In this document: positions 54,644 through 64,000 of the stretch, piece by piece | How the letters are laid out: the number at the start of each line of letters is the position of its first letter | Position numbering within the stretch: the first letter of the stretch is position 1 | Assembly: GCA_035405785.1 (NCBI GenBank) | Contig: DAONJS010000007.1 | Location: 49,620-113,619 of the forward strand | Length of the DNA stretch: 64,000 bases | Reading direction: 5' to 3' | Source: Bacteroidia bacterium | GTDB lineage: Bacteria; Bacteroidota; Bacteroidia; B-17B0; Aurantibacillaceae | Made by a program: the position numbers and the translations under genes | Notes under the pieces: model-generated | Told to the model about the DNA's origin: nothing | What the model saw: the letters and a program-made list of their open reading frames with translations, nothing else | Databases searched by the model: none

Positions 54644-55972
54644 TTAATCAATTTTTACAAATTTGAATGGCTGTCCATTAATTGTCATTATATAAAATCC
54701 TGAATCTAATTCTGAAACATCTATATAATTTGATTTTAATAAATGTTCATGTTTAATCTTTTTGCCATTTATATTAAAAATTTCAATCTCAAAAGATTGA
54801 TTAGGATATTGACTATTGACATAAATTTTATCTCTGGATGGATTTGGATAAATAATAAAGTTATTACTACTATTATTAATCTCACTAACATTAACTGAAG
54901 AACAAACTATATTAACTTTATCCAAAAAATTACCTATAGCAGAATTCCCTCCAGCTGCAGAAATTGATACAAATCTTATTCGATAATTATTTCCTAACCC
55001 AGTAGGTATTGTATAATTAATTGTATAGTATCCCCATGATGTATTTCCATCACTAAAATTACCAAGTGAGGTATATGGACCGCCAACTGGACCTATTTCA
55101 ACACCCATTACATCAACCCCTTGTCTTCCTCTATGAGCAAAACTAATAATTATATTTTTACCAGGAGTAATATTAAAATCTTGATAAACTGCTGCCTGCA
55201 TGTATGCATTTAATTCAATAAAATAATTGCCAGAATATGCTGGGACACTATAATTACCAGATTTCCAAAATTCAAAGTAACCATCGGATGCAGTTGTGTG
55301 CCAACATGGAACAGAGCTGTCTTGTATCATTCCAATAGTATTACCAGTGTAACCCAACTCAAAATCTCCATTACATATAAAATTACAAGTCGTATCGACT
55401 TGTGTGCTATCACAATTTTTGGTAATTAAAACGGCATCTAAAAAATTGCCTGCTGCTGGATTCCCTCCTGTTGCAGAAATAGAAACAAATCTAACCTCAT
55501 AATTTCCAGATGTTGGAACATTGTAGTTTAATGTATAATATCCCCAATTTGTATTTCCATCTGAAAATGTTCCTAATGATGTATATGGACCACCAGAAGG
55601 ACCTATTTCAACACCCATTACATCTACTCCGTACCTTCCTCTATGTGCAAACTTTATATTAATATTATCACCACTATTTACATTGATATTTTGAAAGAGT
55701 GTTGACATAAAATAAGCATTTAATTCTACGAATTGATTACCTGAGTACGCTGGCACTGAATTATAACCATTATGCCAAACTTCTATAATATGGTCTGGTG
55801 CTGTAGTTTGCCAACAAGGCACCACACTATCATCTACCATACTTACCGTAGTACCATAAATTACATCTTCAAAATCTCCATTACAGGAAAGCGTGCATGT
55901 TGAAGTTTGAGAATGTAAAATTAACTCACCAAAAACAATTACCCCCATTGTTAGTAGATTTCTTTTTTTCAT
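54644..55972 (-). CDS. T9SS type A sorting-domain cargo with an internally duplicated ~157-aa beta-sandwich domain
   Basis: Residues 26-181 and 196-353 align almost colinearly (CNGDFE...VPCW.TTA...SVPAYSGN.F.ELNAY...FAHRGR.GVDVMGVEIGP.GGPYTSLG.FSDGNT.WGYYT.NY...GNFLD.V). C-terminal IYPNPSRDKIYV...GFYIMTI tail. Confidence 0.75.
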   Translation of the reverse strand: MKKRNLLTMGVIVFGELILHSQTSTCTLSCNGDFEDVIYGTTVSMVDDSVVPCWQTTAPDHIIEVWHNGYNSVPAYSGNQFVELNAYFMSTLFQNINVNSGDNINIKFAHRGRYGVDVMGVEIGPSGGPYTSLGTFSDGNTNWGYYTLNYNVPTSGNYEVRFVSISATGGNPAAGNFLDAVLITKNCDSTQVDTTCNFICNGDFELGYTGNTIGMIQDSSVPCWHTTASDGYFEFWKSGNYSVPAYSGNYFIELNAYMQAAVYQDFNITPGKNIIISFAHRGRQGVDVMGVEIGPVGGPYTSLGNFSDGNTSWGYYTINYTIPTGLGNNYRIRFVSISAAGGNSAIGNFLDKVNIVCSSVNVSEINNSSNNFIIYPNPSRDKIYVNSQYPNQSFEIEIFNINGKKIKHEHLLKSNYIDVSELDSGFYIMTINGQPFKFVKID

Positions 55973-56090
55973 AATTTTTAGTTTTAATGGTTAGTGCTGC
56001 AAATATAATTAAAAAAAAGCAAAATTTCAAAATTAATTTCTTCAAAAAAAATTACACTTTATTCCCTATTTTTTTACGACCTTTGCGAGA

Positions 56091-56098
56091 TATATTTG
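56091..56098 (+). promoter_or_regulatory. Candidate -7 box TATATTTG upstream of dusB
   Basis: Exact TAnnTTTG match 7 nt before the ATG at 56105, which implies a leaderless or very short-leader mRNA. A second weaker box, ccTTTG, ends at 56084. Confidence 0.3.
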
Positions 56099-56104
56099 TA
56101 TTTA

Positions 56105-57163
56105 ATGAAAATTGGTAATGTTGATATTTCTGATTTCCCTTTGTTGCTCGCACCAATGGAAGATGTGAGTGATCCTCCTTTTCGTTTTGTTTGTAAGCAA
56201 AATGGTGCAGATATTGTATTTACTGAATTTATTAGCAGTGAAGGACTTATTCGTGATGCTATAAAGAGCAAGAAAAAGTTAGATATTTTTGAACACGAAA
56301 GACCAATAGGTATTCAAATTTTTGGAGGAGATGAAGAATCATTAGCATTAGCCGCAAAGATTGTTGAAACAGCACAGCCCGATTTTTTGGACATTAACTT
56401 TGGTTGCCCTGTAAAAAAAGTAGTTTGCAGAGGTGCAGGGGCAGGCGTGTTGAAGGATGTGAAATTAATGGAACGATTAACTCGTGCAGTTGTCAATTCT
56501 GTTCAAATTCCAGTAACAGTTAAAACTCGTCTTGGATGGGATGAAAAAAGTATCAACGTTTTAGAAGTAGCATTAAGATTACAAGATGCAGGTATCAAAG
56601 CATTAAGTATTCACGCACGCACGAGAACGCAAATGTATAAAGGCGTTGCCAACTGGGAATACATCAAACAAGTCAAAGAACATCCTGATATTGAGATTCC
56701 TATTTTTGGAAATGGAGATATTGATTCGCCACAAAAAGCAAAAGAATATAAAGAAAGATATAAGGTTGATGGTATTATGATTGGTCGTGCAAGCATTGGC
56801 TATCCGTGGATTTTTAGAGAAATTAAACATTATTTTCAAACGGGTGAATTATTGCCACCACCTTCATTGCAAGAAAGAATTGAAGTTTGTAAAACACATT
56901 TTTTGAAATCTATTGAATGGAAAGGTGAAAAATTAGGCGTGTTAGAAATGAGAAGGCATTATGCAAATTATTTTAAGGGCATTCCTTATTTCAAACCTAT
57001 TCGTCATCAATTAGTAACAGAAAATGATGTGAATAAAATTTTGGAAATTCTTGAATCTATTCCTGAAAAATTACAACAATTGCAACAAGAAGGTGATGTG
57101 TCCGTTATATTATCAGATGAAGATAAATTTTCAGATAATTCCGAAATGTATTTTGATGTTTAA
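56105..57163 (+). CDS. dusB: tRNA-dihydrouridine synthase
   Basis: LLLAPMEDVSDPPFR, DINFGCPVKKV, TVKTRLGWD, HARTR. Confidence 0.9.
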   Translation: MKIGNVDISDFPLLLAPMEDVSDPPFRFVCKQNGADIVFTEFISSEGLIRDAIKSKKKLDIFEHERPIGIQIFGGDEESLALAAKIVETAQPDFLDINFGCPVKKVVCRGAGAGVLKDVKLMERLTRAVVNSVQIPVTVKTRLGWDEKSINVLEVALRLQDAGIKALSIHARTRTQMYKGVANWEYIKQVKEHPDIEIPIFGNGDIDSPQKAKEYKERYKVDGIMIGRASIGYPWIFREIKHYFQTGELLPPPSLQERIEVCKTHFLKSIEWKGEKLGVLEMRRHYANYFKGIPYFKPIRHQLVTENDVNKILEILESIPEKLQQLQQEGDVSVILSDEDKFSDNSEMYFDV

Positions 57164-58649
57164 TATTGTGTGTTCAAAAAACTTTTCCGATAAAATTTTT
57201 AGTTTAAAGAAAATTGTTCTAACATTTTCTTTTTTAATTTTCTTAAATGTTTTATATTCTCAAAACATTATTATTCATGGCAATGCCCATCCTGCGTATA
57301 TTCAAAATAATGTGAAACTGGCTCAATTATTTTTATATTCAGATTATATTACATATCAGCAAATTTTAATGGATAAAGATTCTTTAGATTCAAAAGGAAG
57401 ATTTACATTGAAATTATATTCAGATAAAATACAACCTGTTATTATTAAGTTATCTAATGCAGTTGCAAAATTATATGTTGAACCACCGCAACAGGGAATT
57501 CGTGAGTATATTATTAAAGTTTATCCTCCTGATTCTATCAAAGTAAATACAAATGATATTGAACTAAACGCAAACATTTCTATTCTGACTTATGATACCA
57601 CTGAACTGAATTCATTAATTTTTGATTTTAATAAATTATACAATCGTTATCTTGAAGAAGCAACAACAAAATTTATCAACAGAACTAATTTGTTTAAAAA
57701 ATTAGATAGTATTTTAGTAGATGCAAAAAATACTTTCCAAAAAAATAATCATCCATATTTTAGTAATTACATTGATTACAACATTGCCAATTTGAATGCC
57801 AATGCTACAAGAAATAAAAATACACTTGCTAATATATTTTTAATTAAAAAGCCCGTTCAGGTGAATAATTACGAGTATATGGAATTTTTTAATTCTTTTT
57901 TCAAAGATTACTTAATTGCAGATATAACCAAACAAACCAAACAAACTATTTATTATGTTGTCAATAAAAGCACAAACATTAAGCAATTGATGGATTATGT
58001 AAAAGATGATAATTTACTTTCATCTAATGATACATTAAAGGAATTAGTGCTTATTCAAAATCTATATCACTTTTATTTTAATGAAAAATTTAATCCTTAT
58101 GCTGTGCAGATTTTATTAGAACAATTGCTTACTAACACAAAAATTGAACAACACAAAAAAATTTTACAAAACATTATTCAGGAACTTAATCAACTCAAAC
58201 AAGGTATGCCTGCACCAGATTTTACTGCACTTACAAAAGATAGTACAGTTTTTAATTTATATTCAATTCAAAAAAAATTCATTTATCTTAATTTCTTTTC
58301 TTTGAAAAGTCCTAACAGTTTGAAAGAACTTAAAGAAATGATTTTTTTACACAATAAATTTAATGATAAAGTAGCATTTATAGCAGTGTGTGTAGATGAT
58401 GATTTTAAAGAATTTCAGAATTTTGTAAAGCAAAACCCACAATACAAATTTTTAATACTCTGGAATTATCAGCCACTCAATGATTTATCTGCAAAAGTAA
58501 AATATAATGTCAAAGCAACACCATTGTTTTTTTTAATAGACACACATCAGCAATTAGCATTATCTCCTGCACCTGCACCTTCTGATGGAATTTATTATCA
58601 TTTTCAAAAATTGTTTAGAAAGAAAAATCCAAATAGAATTGGAAATTAG
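57156..58649 (+). CDS. Secreted protein with C-terminal thioredoxin-fold (TlpA/redoxin-like) domain lacking the CxxC cysteines
   Basis: Signal-like LTFSFLIFLNVLYSQ. The redoxin-like block GMPAPDFTALTKDSTVFNLYSIQKKFIYLNFFSLKSPNSLKELKEM has S-P-N-S (58308-58319) where FWASWCGPC is expected. ATG at 57156 overlaps the dusB stop. Confidence 0.6.
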   Translation: MFNIVCSKNFSDKIFSLKKIVLTFSFLIFLNVLYSQNIIIHGNAHPAYIQNNVKLAQLFLYSDYITYQQILMDKDSLDSKGRFTLKLYSDKIQPVIIKLSNAVAKLYVEPPQQGIREYIIKVYPPDSIKVNTNDIELNANISILTYDTTELNSLIFDFNKLYNRYLEEATTKFINRTNLFKKLDSILVDAKNTFQKNNHPYFSNYIDYNIANLNANATRNKNTLANIFLIKKPVQVNNYEYMEFFNSFFKDYLIADITKQTKQTIYYVVNKSTNIKQLMDYVKDDNLLSSNDTLKELVLIQNLYHFYFNEKFNPYAVQILLEQLLTNTKIEQHKKILQNIIQELNQLKQGMPAPDFTALTKDSTVFNLYSIQKKFIYLNFFSLKSPNSLKELKEMIFLHNKFNDKVAFIAVCVDDDFKEFQNFVKQNPQYKFLILWNYQPLNDLSAKVKYNVKATPLFFLIDTHQQLALSPAPAPSDGIYYHFQKLFRKKNPNRIGN

Positions 58650-58651
58650 GT

Positions 58652-58969
58652 TTATTCACAAGGGGTCCAAAATACTTTTTCAAAATTTTGTACTTGATTA
58701 TTAACGACTTTAATACCTTCTGATTCTAATAATTCCTGCATTATTGTGGGTGTAGCAAAATGATGTTTTCCTGTAAGTAAGCCGTTTCTATTAACTACTC
58801 TGTGAGCAGGAATAGTAGCATCATATTGATGTGATAAATTCATTGCATAACCGACTAATCGGGCAGATTTTGATGCCCCTAAACATTTGGCAATAGCACC
58901 ATAAGTGGTAACTCTCCCTTTGGGTATTTTACGAACTATTTCATACACTTTTAAGTAAAACTCATTCAT
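58652..58969 (-). CDS. MGMT-family DNA-binding protein of the alkyltransferase-like (ATL) type, active-site Cys replaced by Ala
   Basis: IPKGRVTTYGAIA helix-turn-helix region and IPAHRVV (Ala codon at 58805-58807) in place of PCHRV. Confidence 0.75.
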   Translation of the reverse strand: MNEFYLKVYEIVRKIPKGRVTTYGAIAKCLGASKSARLVGYAMNLSHQYDATIPAHRVVNRNGLLTGKHHFATPTIMQELLESEGIKVVNNQVQNFEKVFWTPCE

Positions 58970-59615
58970 CTGATGGCACCCATTTTTCAATTAAAAAATG
59001 TCCTAAATAAATAAGCGGTATTAAAGCAACAGCCACTATCAATTTGAATACATAACCATAAGTAGCATTTTCAATAAAATCTGAAAGTGACCAATAACCG
59101 GGAATTACAAAAGCAATAAACTGCACTACAAAAGTATCTACTAACTGACTGATGATAGTGCTGCCAGTGGCTCTTAACCATATTAGATACTTACCAGTTG
59201 CTTTGCGAATAAGCCAAAAAGTATAAACATCTACTAATTGTGAAATAATGAATGCAGTGATGCTTCCAATGATTATCCATTGCGATTGTCCAAAAACTGT
59301 ATTGAATACAGCATCATTAACAGGCGAGAAATTAACAGCAGGAATTTTCATTGCAATTGTGAGAATTATATAAATGTAAATGATTAACCCAACTGTAATG
59401 AAAGTCAATTTTCTTACACCATCTTTTCCAAAATGTTCATTGATTAAATCAGTTAATAAAAAAACAACTGGCCATAAAATGATACCAATGCTTTGTGTAA
59501 ATAAACCAAAAAAATTCACCAGTTTTCCACCAATTATTTCAGCAACTATAGCATTAGAAACAAAGAAACCTGCTAATACTAAAAAAACAATATCTTTTTT
59601 ATTTTTGAAATCCAT
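58962..59615 (-). CDS. yhhQ: YhhQ/VUT-family queuosine-precursor transporter
   Basis: Six TM spans. Motifs VVFLLTDLINEHFGK and STIISQLVDTFVV. Confidence 0.8.
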   Translation of the reverse strand: MDFKNKKDIVFLVLAGFFVSNAIVAEIIGGKLVNFFGLFTQSIGIILWPVVFLLTDLINEHFGKDGVRKLTFITVGLIIYIYIILTIAMKIPAVNFSPVNDAVFNTVFGQSQWIIIGSITAFIISQLVDVYTFWLIRKATGKYLIWLRATGSTIISQLVDTFVVQFIAFVIPGYWSLSDFIENATYGYVFKLIVAVALIPLIYLGHFLIEKWVPSDE

Positions 59616-59631
59616 TCAATAACAAAACAAA

Positions 59632-61617
59632 TTATTTCAACTTATATACTTCAATTCTTGCTCTTCTATGCTTGGCGTGGATGCCATCAGGACATTTATC
59701 TAAATCTTTTTCAAAGCAATATCTTTCAGCTCCTTTGGCTATTACTTCTAATATCTTCACTTTTTTATTTGTATAAAAATCAGCTACTTTTTTAGCACGA
59801 TTGAAAGATAATTGTTTATTCAATTCATCTGAACCATACATATCTGCATATCCGTATATTTTTACAGCAAGATTATATTTTTTCAATATCTCAGCATTTT
59901 TTTCAAGTTTTGAAATATATTCATCTTTAATATCGTGTTTATAAAAATCAAAATAAACAGAAGTAGTATCATAGCCCAATTTTGCAAGCATATCATAACT
60001 TACTAAACCTTTTGGTAATTTTGTAATATCCAACTCTTCTGATGTGTTTTGATTAGAAGCAATAGCGGCAGGAATGTTTGTGATAGTTTTGGTTAATAAA
60101 ATTTTTTGTGGATTTAAACAAGAATCACATAATACAAGGGCTGTGAATGTAACAGTTACAGATTGATTGAAAGGCACTTTTAATTCAATGCTTTTTGAAT
60201 TTTCTTTGTTTGAAGCATATTGCCATTCAGGATAATATAAACTAACAGAGGGATAATCAGGAACATTAAGCATGAAATTAGTATCATTCTTTTTATTGAC
60301 TTGAATGGCAAACATGTTTTGTTCAGAAGGTTGAATATTTCTGTATTTGTCCAAGTAAAGAATTTTGTAAATATCCATATCGCCATATCCGCCTTTTCTG
60401 TAAGATGAAAAATATACATTCATTTGATTGGCATCTTCAATGTAAAAAATATCGTGGCCATAAGAGTTAATGGGTTTTCCTAAATTAACGGGTTCAGACC
60501 AACGAGTACCATCCCATTGACTTTTGAAAACATCATAATTTCCAAAACCCGGATGTCCAGTTGAAGCAAAGTATAATGTTTTTTCATCATCAGATAAAAA
60601 TGGAGCTTCTTCATCATATTCTGTATTGATAGGACTACCAAGGTTTTCAGGGGCACTCCAACTTCCATCAGGATTTTTACGAGATACATAAATATCCAAT
60701 CCACCAATTCCATTTTCTGATTCACTTGTAAAATATAATTTTTGACCATCTTTAGTTAAAAATGCGTGATTTTGATAATAACTTAAATTAATAGTTTTAG
60801 ATAGTGGTTTGTTTTTGGTATTGTTAATAGAGTCAAGTGCAACTTGAGTAATTTTATTGTCTTCAAAAATGAAAAGATATTTTTTATTTCCTGATACAGA
60901 AATAACAGAGCGATTTTTATTAGCTTTAATTTTCTTCTCCATAGCCGGAATGTATAAATAATCAACTTTTTCAGGGCTTCCATTTTTTAGTTTTGCAGTA
61001 TACATTGCTTCAAAATATTTTCCATCCCATTCATTAAATTTTTCTTTTTCACTATCTTTTCTTTTGGATGTAAAATATAGTTGTTCATCAACTAATGCAG
61101 GCACATATTCAGGTGCAGAGGTATTTAAATTTTTTCCTAAATTAACTACTTTAATATCAGGATTGATTTCGTTTTTATGTTCTAATGCATATTTACAATC
61201 TTGCTTTCTTTTGATAATATCTTTTTGAAACTCTTTATCGTCGTCTTCTGTTGCAACTGCATCATCTAATTTATTTAATAATTGAAGGGCTTTTTCAAAC
61301 TCACCAACAAACTGATAAGATTTTGCAAGGGCATAAATTACATCGGCAGATGTATCTTTTGGGCTATGATTATAAGCATTTTCAAGATATGGCAAAGCAT
61401 CTTCATACAAATTCATATAATTACATAACATCGCACCAAGAGCGGCATTCGCTTTATAGTTATCTTTATCAATTTCTAATGCTTTTTTGTAAGATGCTAT
61501 TGCTTTATCAATTTTTGTGGCAGCGGTGTATCGCTCTGCTTGTTTAATATACTTATTTACAGAGTTACATGAATAAATTAATATTAAAATTACTAATGTA
61601 AAGATGTTTTTATTCAT
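59632..61617 (-). CDS. Lipoprotein with TPR, TolB-like (PD40) beta-propeller repeats and C-terminal OmpA-like peptidoglycan-binding domain
   Basis: MNKNIFTLVILILIYSC lipobox. TPR (AIASYKKALEIDKDNYKA), PD40 repeats (EYDEEAPFLSDDEKTLYFAS), OmpA motif GYADMYGSDELNKQLSFNRAKKV. Confidence 0.8.
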   Translation of the reverse strand: MNKNIFTLVILILIYSCNSVNKYIKQAERYTAATKIDKAIASYKKALEIDKDNYKANAALGAMLCNYMNLYEDALPYLENAYNHSPKDTSADVIYALAKSYQFVGEFEKALQLLNKLDDAVATEDDDKEFQKDIIKRKQDCKYALEHKNEINPDIKVVNLGKNLNTSAPEYVPALVDEQLYFTSKRKDSEKEKFNEWDGKYFEAMYTAKLKNGSPEKVDYLYIPAMEKKIKANKNRSVISVSGNKKYLFIFEDNKITQVALDSINNTKNKPLSKTINLSYYQNHAFLTKDGQKLYFTSESENGIGGLDIYVSRKNPDGSWSAPENLGSPINTEYDEEAPFLSDDEKTLYFASTGHPGFGNYDVFKSQWDGTRWSEPVNLGKPINSYGHDIFYIEDANQMNVYFSSYRKGGYGDMDIYKILYLDKYRNIQPSEQNMFAIQVNKKNDTNFMLNVPDYPSVSLYYPEWQYASNKENSKSIELKVPFNQSVTVTFTALVLCDSCLNPQKILLTKTITNIPAAIASNQNTSEELDITKLPKGLVSYDMLAKLGYDTTSVYFDFYKHDIKDEYISKLEKNAEILKKYNLAVKIYGYADMYGSDELNKQLSFNRAKKVADFYTNKKVKILEVIAKGAERYCFEKDLDKCPDGIHAKHRRARIEVYKLK

Positions 61618-61651
61618 TGTAAATTTTTGATGGCAAATATACAAAATGATT

Positions 61652-62740
61652 TTATTCAATATCAACAACTTCTCCACTTATTAAATCTTTGATTGCACCA
61701 GTTGCCTGATGAAGAGAGTTTGGTATGTTTAATATCCTTAAATATCCTAAAAGTGCAAAGATGATGGCTTCTTTATATTTGATAGTTGTGTTAACAGGAA
61801 TGTGTATCTTTTTATTTTTAGAATAAAATTTTATTCTTTCAATGAGATATTGATTAAATGCTCCACCGCCTGTAATCAAAACATTTTTTACAAAATGATG
61901 ATTAATGGATTTTGAAATTTGTTGTGCAATATGTTCTACAAGTGTTGCAAGAATATCGTTTGTAGTTAATTGATATTTAGAAATGAGATGCAGATATTTT
62001 TTTTCAAAATATTCTCTGTTTAATGATTTTGGCGGATTTTGAAGTATGAATGGTAATGAATTTAATTTATCTAATAATGGTTGATGTATTTTACCTTTTC
62101 GGGCAAGTGATCCATTTTTATCAAACTTTTTATTTTGTTGTTGAGCAAAATAATTCAAGGCCATATTTGCAATGCAAATATCAAATGCAATGTTTGTTTT
62201 TTGGATAAAAACATTAGCAATACCGCCTATATTCACACAAGCATCAAAATTTTGAAACAAAAGTTTGTCGCCAATAGGAACAAGTGGAGCACCCTGTCCA
62301 CCCATTGCTATATCTAAATTACGGAAGTTATGAATAACGGGCAACTGGCATGCTGCTGCGATTTGTGAAGCATTGCCTAATTGAATAGAAAAACCTTTTT
62401 CTGGATAATGAAAAACAGTATGCCCATGAACAGATACAGCATCAGCGGATAATTTATTTTTTTTCAAAAAATCGGATATTTTTTTCCCTATAAATTTTCC
62501 GTAAATAACATCCTGTTCAAAAAATTGTAGTGATGAAGTTTTTCTGATATTTTCCAATATATTAAGTATGGAAGCAGGATATTGAACAGTAGTAGCAGAT
62601 AGAACTTTAAAATGAATTTGATTTTTTTGATAATAAAATTTACATACAGCAATATCTAATCCATCTAATGATGAACCAGACATTACACCTACAATAGTGA
62701 GTTTTGGAAATTTTTGAGAAGTTGGAAAATGTTTTTTCAT
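61652..62740 (-). CDS. anmK: Anhydro-N-acetylmuramic acid kinase
   Basis: GVMSGSSLDGLDIA and GGGAFNQYL. ATG at 62740 lies 2 nt after the galE stop. Confidence 0.85.
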   Translation of the reverse strand: MKKHFPTSQKFPKLTIVGVMSGSSLDGLDIAVCKFYYQKNQIHFKVLSATTVQYPASILNILENIRKTSSLQFFEQDVIYGKFIGKKISDFLKKNKLSADAVSVHGHTVFHYPEKGFSIQLGNASQIAAACQLPVIHNFRNLDIAMGGQGAPLVPIGDKLLFQNFDACVNIGGIANVFIQKTNIAFDICIANMALNYFAQQQNKKFDKNGSLARKGKIHQPLLDKLNSLPFILQNPPKSLNREYFEKKYLHLISKYQLTTNDILATLVEHIAQQISKSINHHFVKNVLITGGGAFNQYLIERIKFYSKNKKIHIPVNTTIKYKEAIIFALLGYLRILNIPNSLHQATGAIKDLISGEVVDIE

Positions 62741-62742
62741 TA

Positions 62743-63771
62743 TCAATATCTATTTTTTCCCCATTGCCATGCAGAATACAGCATATCTTCAAGGGAATAT
62801 TCGGGTTTCCAGTTTAATTCTTTCAATGCTTTATCATTATTGGCATAAATTGCTTCTACATCACCTTCTCTTCTTGGTGCAAATTTGTAATTTACTTTTT
62901 CTGATGTTACTTTTTCAAATGTTTGTATCACATCTAATACTGTATTCCCTTTACCTGTTCCTAAATTGATAACATCGTAGTAATTTTTTTCAGTAATGCT
63001 ATCCATTTTCATCATGGCTAAAACATGGGCTCTTGCAATATCAGATACATGCACATAATCACGAATGGGCGTACCATCTTTGGTAGAATAATCATTGCCA
63101 TATATTTCAAGGGCAGGAATTTTACCTAATACTGAGCGAATTAAATTTGGCACTAAACCAGTGAGATTGTATTTTGGTAACTCTCCAATTAATCCTGATG
63201 AATGAGCACCAACAGGATTAAAGTATCGTAATGATAAAATCTTTAATGGTAATTTTGAAATGTATACAAGTTGTTGTAAAATTTGTTCGCCTATTTGTTT
63301 GGTATGAGCATAAGGTGAATTTGGCAATGGTAAAGGTGTATTTTCAGTAACAGGGGAAACTTTTATATCGCCATATACAGAACAGGATGATGAAAAAATG
63401 AAATTTGAGATTTTGTGAATGATTGCAAATTCTGATATATTGAGTAAAGATTGTATATTATTATGGTAATATTTGAATGGATAATTTACACTTTCAGGAA
63501 CGGACTTAAATGCGGCAAAGTGTATAATAGCGTGAATGTTATTGGCATAAGGTAAAAGTTTTTCAAACAATTCTTTTTGATTACAAATATCACATTGGAT
63601 AGAGATGACTTTTTTATTAGTTATTTTAAATATATTATCATAAGCCTCTTCGTATGAATTTGAAAAGTTATCAATTGAAATGACTTCGTAATTTGTTTTT
63701 TCAAAAATTTCTACAATTGTATGGCTGCCTATGTAGCCCGATCCGCCTGTTACTACAACAAATTTTTTCAT
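62743..63771 (-). CDS. galE: UDP-glucose 4-epimerase
   Basis: VTGGSGYIGSHT, catalytic SPYAHTK (YxxxK), RDYVHV. Confidence 0.9.
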   Translation of the reverse strand: MKKFVVVTGGSGYIGSHTIVEIFEKTNYEVISIDNFSNSYEEAYDNIFKITNKKVISIQCDICNQKELFEKLLPYANNIHAIIHFAAFKSVPESVNYPFKYYHNNIQSLLNISEFAIIHKISNFIFSSSCSVYGDIKVSPVTENTPLPLPNSPYAHTKQIGEQILQQLVYISKLPLKILSLRYFNPVGAHSSGLIGELPKYNLTGLVPNLIRSVLGKIPALEIYGNDYSTKDGTPIRDYVHVSDIARAHVLAMMKMDSITEKNYYDVINLGTGKGNTVLDVIQTFEKVTSEKVNYKFAPRREGDVEAIYANNDKALKELNWKPEYSLEDMLYSAWQWGKNRY

Positions 63772-63872
63772 ATTTACATTTTGTATTAATTTTGATGTTA
63801 TTATTCAATCACTATTTAAATTTTTACCGCGAAGACACAGAGGCGAAAAGGAAGTGAAAGATAATATAAAAA

Positions 63873-63908
63873 TTTTCAATGCTCAATACTCAATATTCAA
63901 TGCTCAAG
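63873..63908. repeat. TCAATG-family heptamer array upstream of galE
   Basis: ttttcaat gctcaat actcaat attcaat gctcaag. An opposite-orientation fragment, gaattgaaaattgaaca, sits at the window end. Confidence 0.85.
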
Positions 63909-64000
63909 TAATGAAAATTATAAATTGGAATGCTTTTAGGAAAAGTGCATAAAAAAATTCATGAAAATTAGTGGTTTAAATAAGAATTGAAAATTGAACA

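Noticed and set aside
57051-57155. N-terminal extension of the 532-aa ORF overlapping dusB
   Set aside because: It overlaps the dusB coding region in another frame. The ATG at 57156 gives an ATG/TAA-coupled start followed by a signal-peptide-like segment.
61618-61677. Upstream extension of the OmpA-family ORF overlapping the anmK 3' end
   Set aside because: The internal ATG at 61617 yields a canonical lipoprotein signal (MNKNIFTLVILILIYSC) and removes the overlap.
1-64000. Prophage, integron, transposon or conjugative-element content
   Set aside because: I recognised no integrase, transposase, recombinase, capsid, terminase or relaxase-like ORF. The only mobile-looking items are non-autonomous repeats.

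Overview
AT-rich Bacteroidota chromosomal segment, judged from T9SS type A and type B C-terminal sorting domains, a PorV/PorU-like pair and TAnnTTTG-type -7 boxes. It holds about 50 genes, mostly on the minus strand and mostly housekeeping: thiL, rlmD, cmk, a fused 2-oxoacid dehydrogenase E1, mpl, the mreBCD-mrdA-rodA elongasome operon, rplS, dusB, anmK and galE. Five things look accessory or unusual. (i) At the left edge, a three-gene module (kleisin-like, small acidic protein, coiled-coil ABC ATPase) resembles JetABC (Wadjet) or MksFEB. The window cuts it, the ORF track misses its largest gene, and a GC-rich palindromic insert interrupts it. (ii) A T9SS island carries an unusually long C25 (PorU-like) peptidase, translationally coupled to a PorV-family barrel and flanked by CTD cargo genes. 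(iii) A YfiR-like / TPR / HAMP-PP2C sensory module is appended to the elongasome operon. (iv) A tightly coupled operon encodes a methyltransferase, a GT-C protein, an FkbM methyltransferase, an MT-GT2 fusion and an LpxL-like acyltransferase. (v) Intergenic regions carry degenerate heptanucleotide tandem arrays (CAATGNT, TTCACTA and AAAACTC families) and an 89-bp MITE-like element present twice. I recognised no rRNA, tRNA, CRISPR, transposase or integrase genes. All functional calls come from motif recognition by eye, not from database searches.
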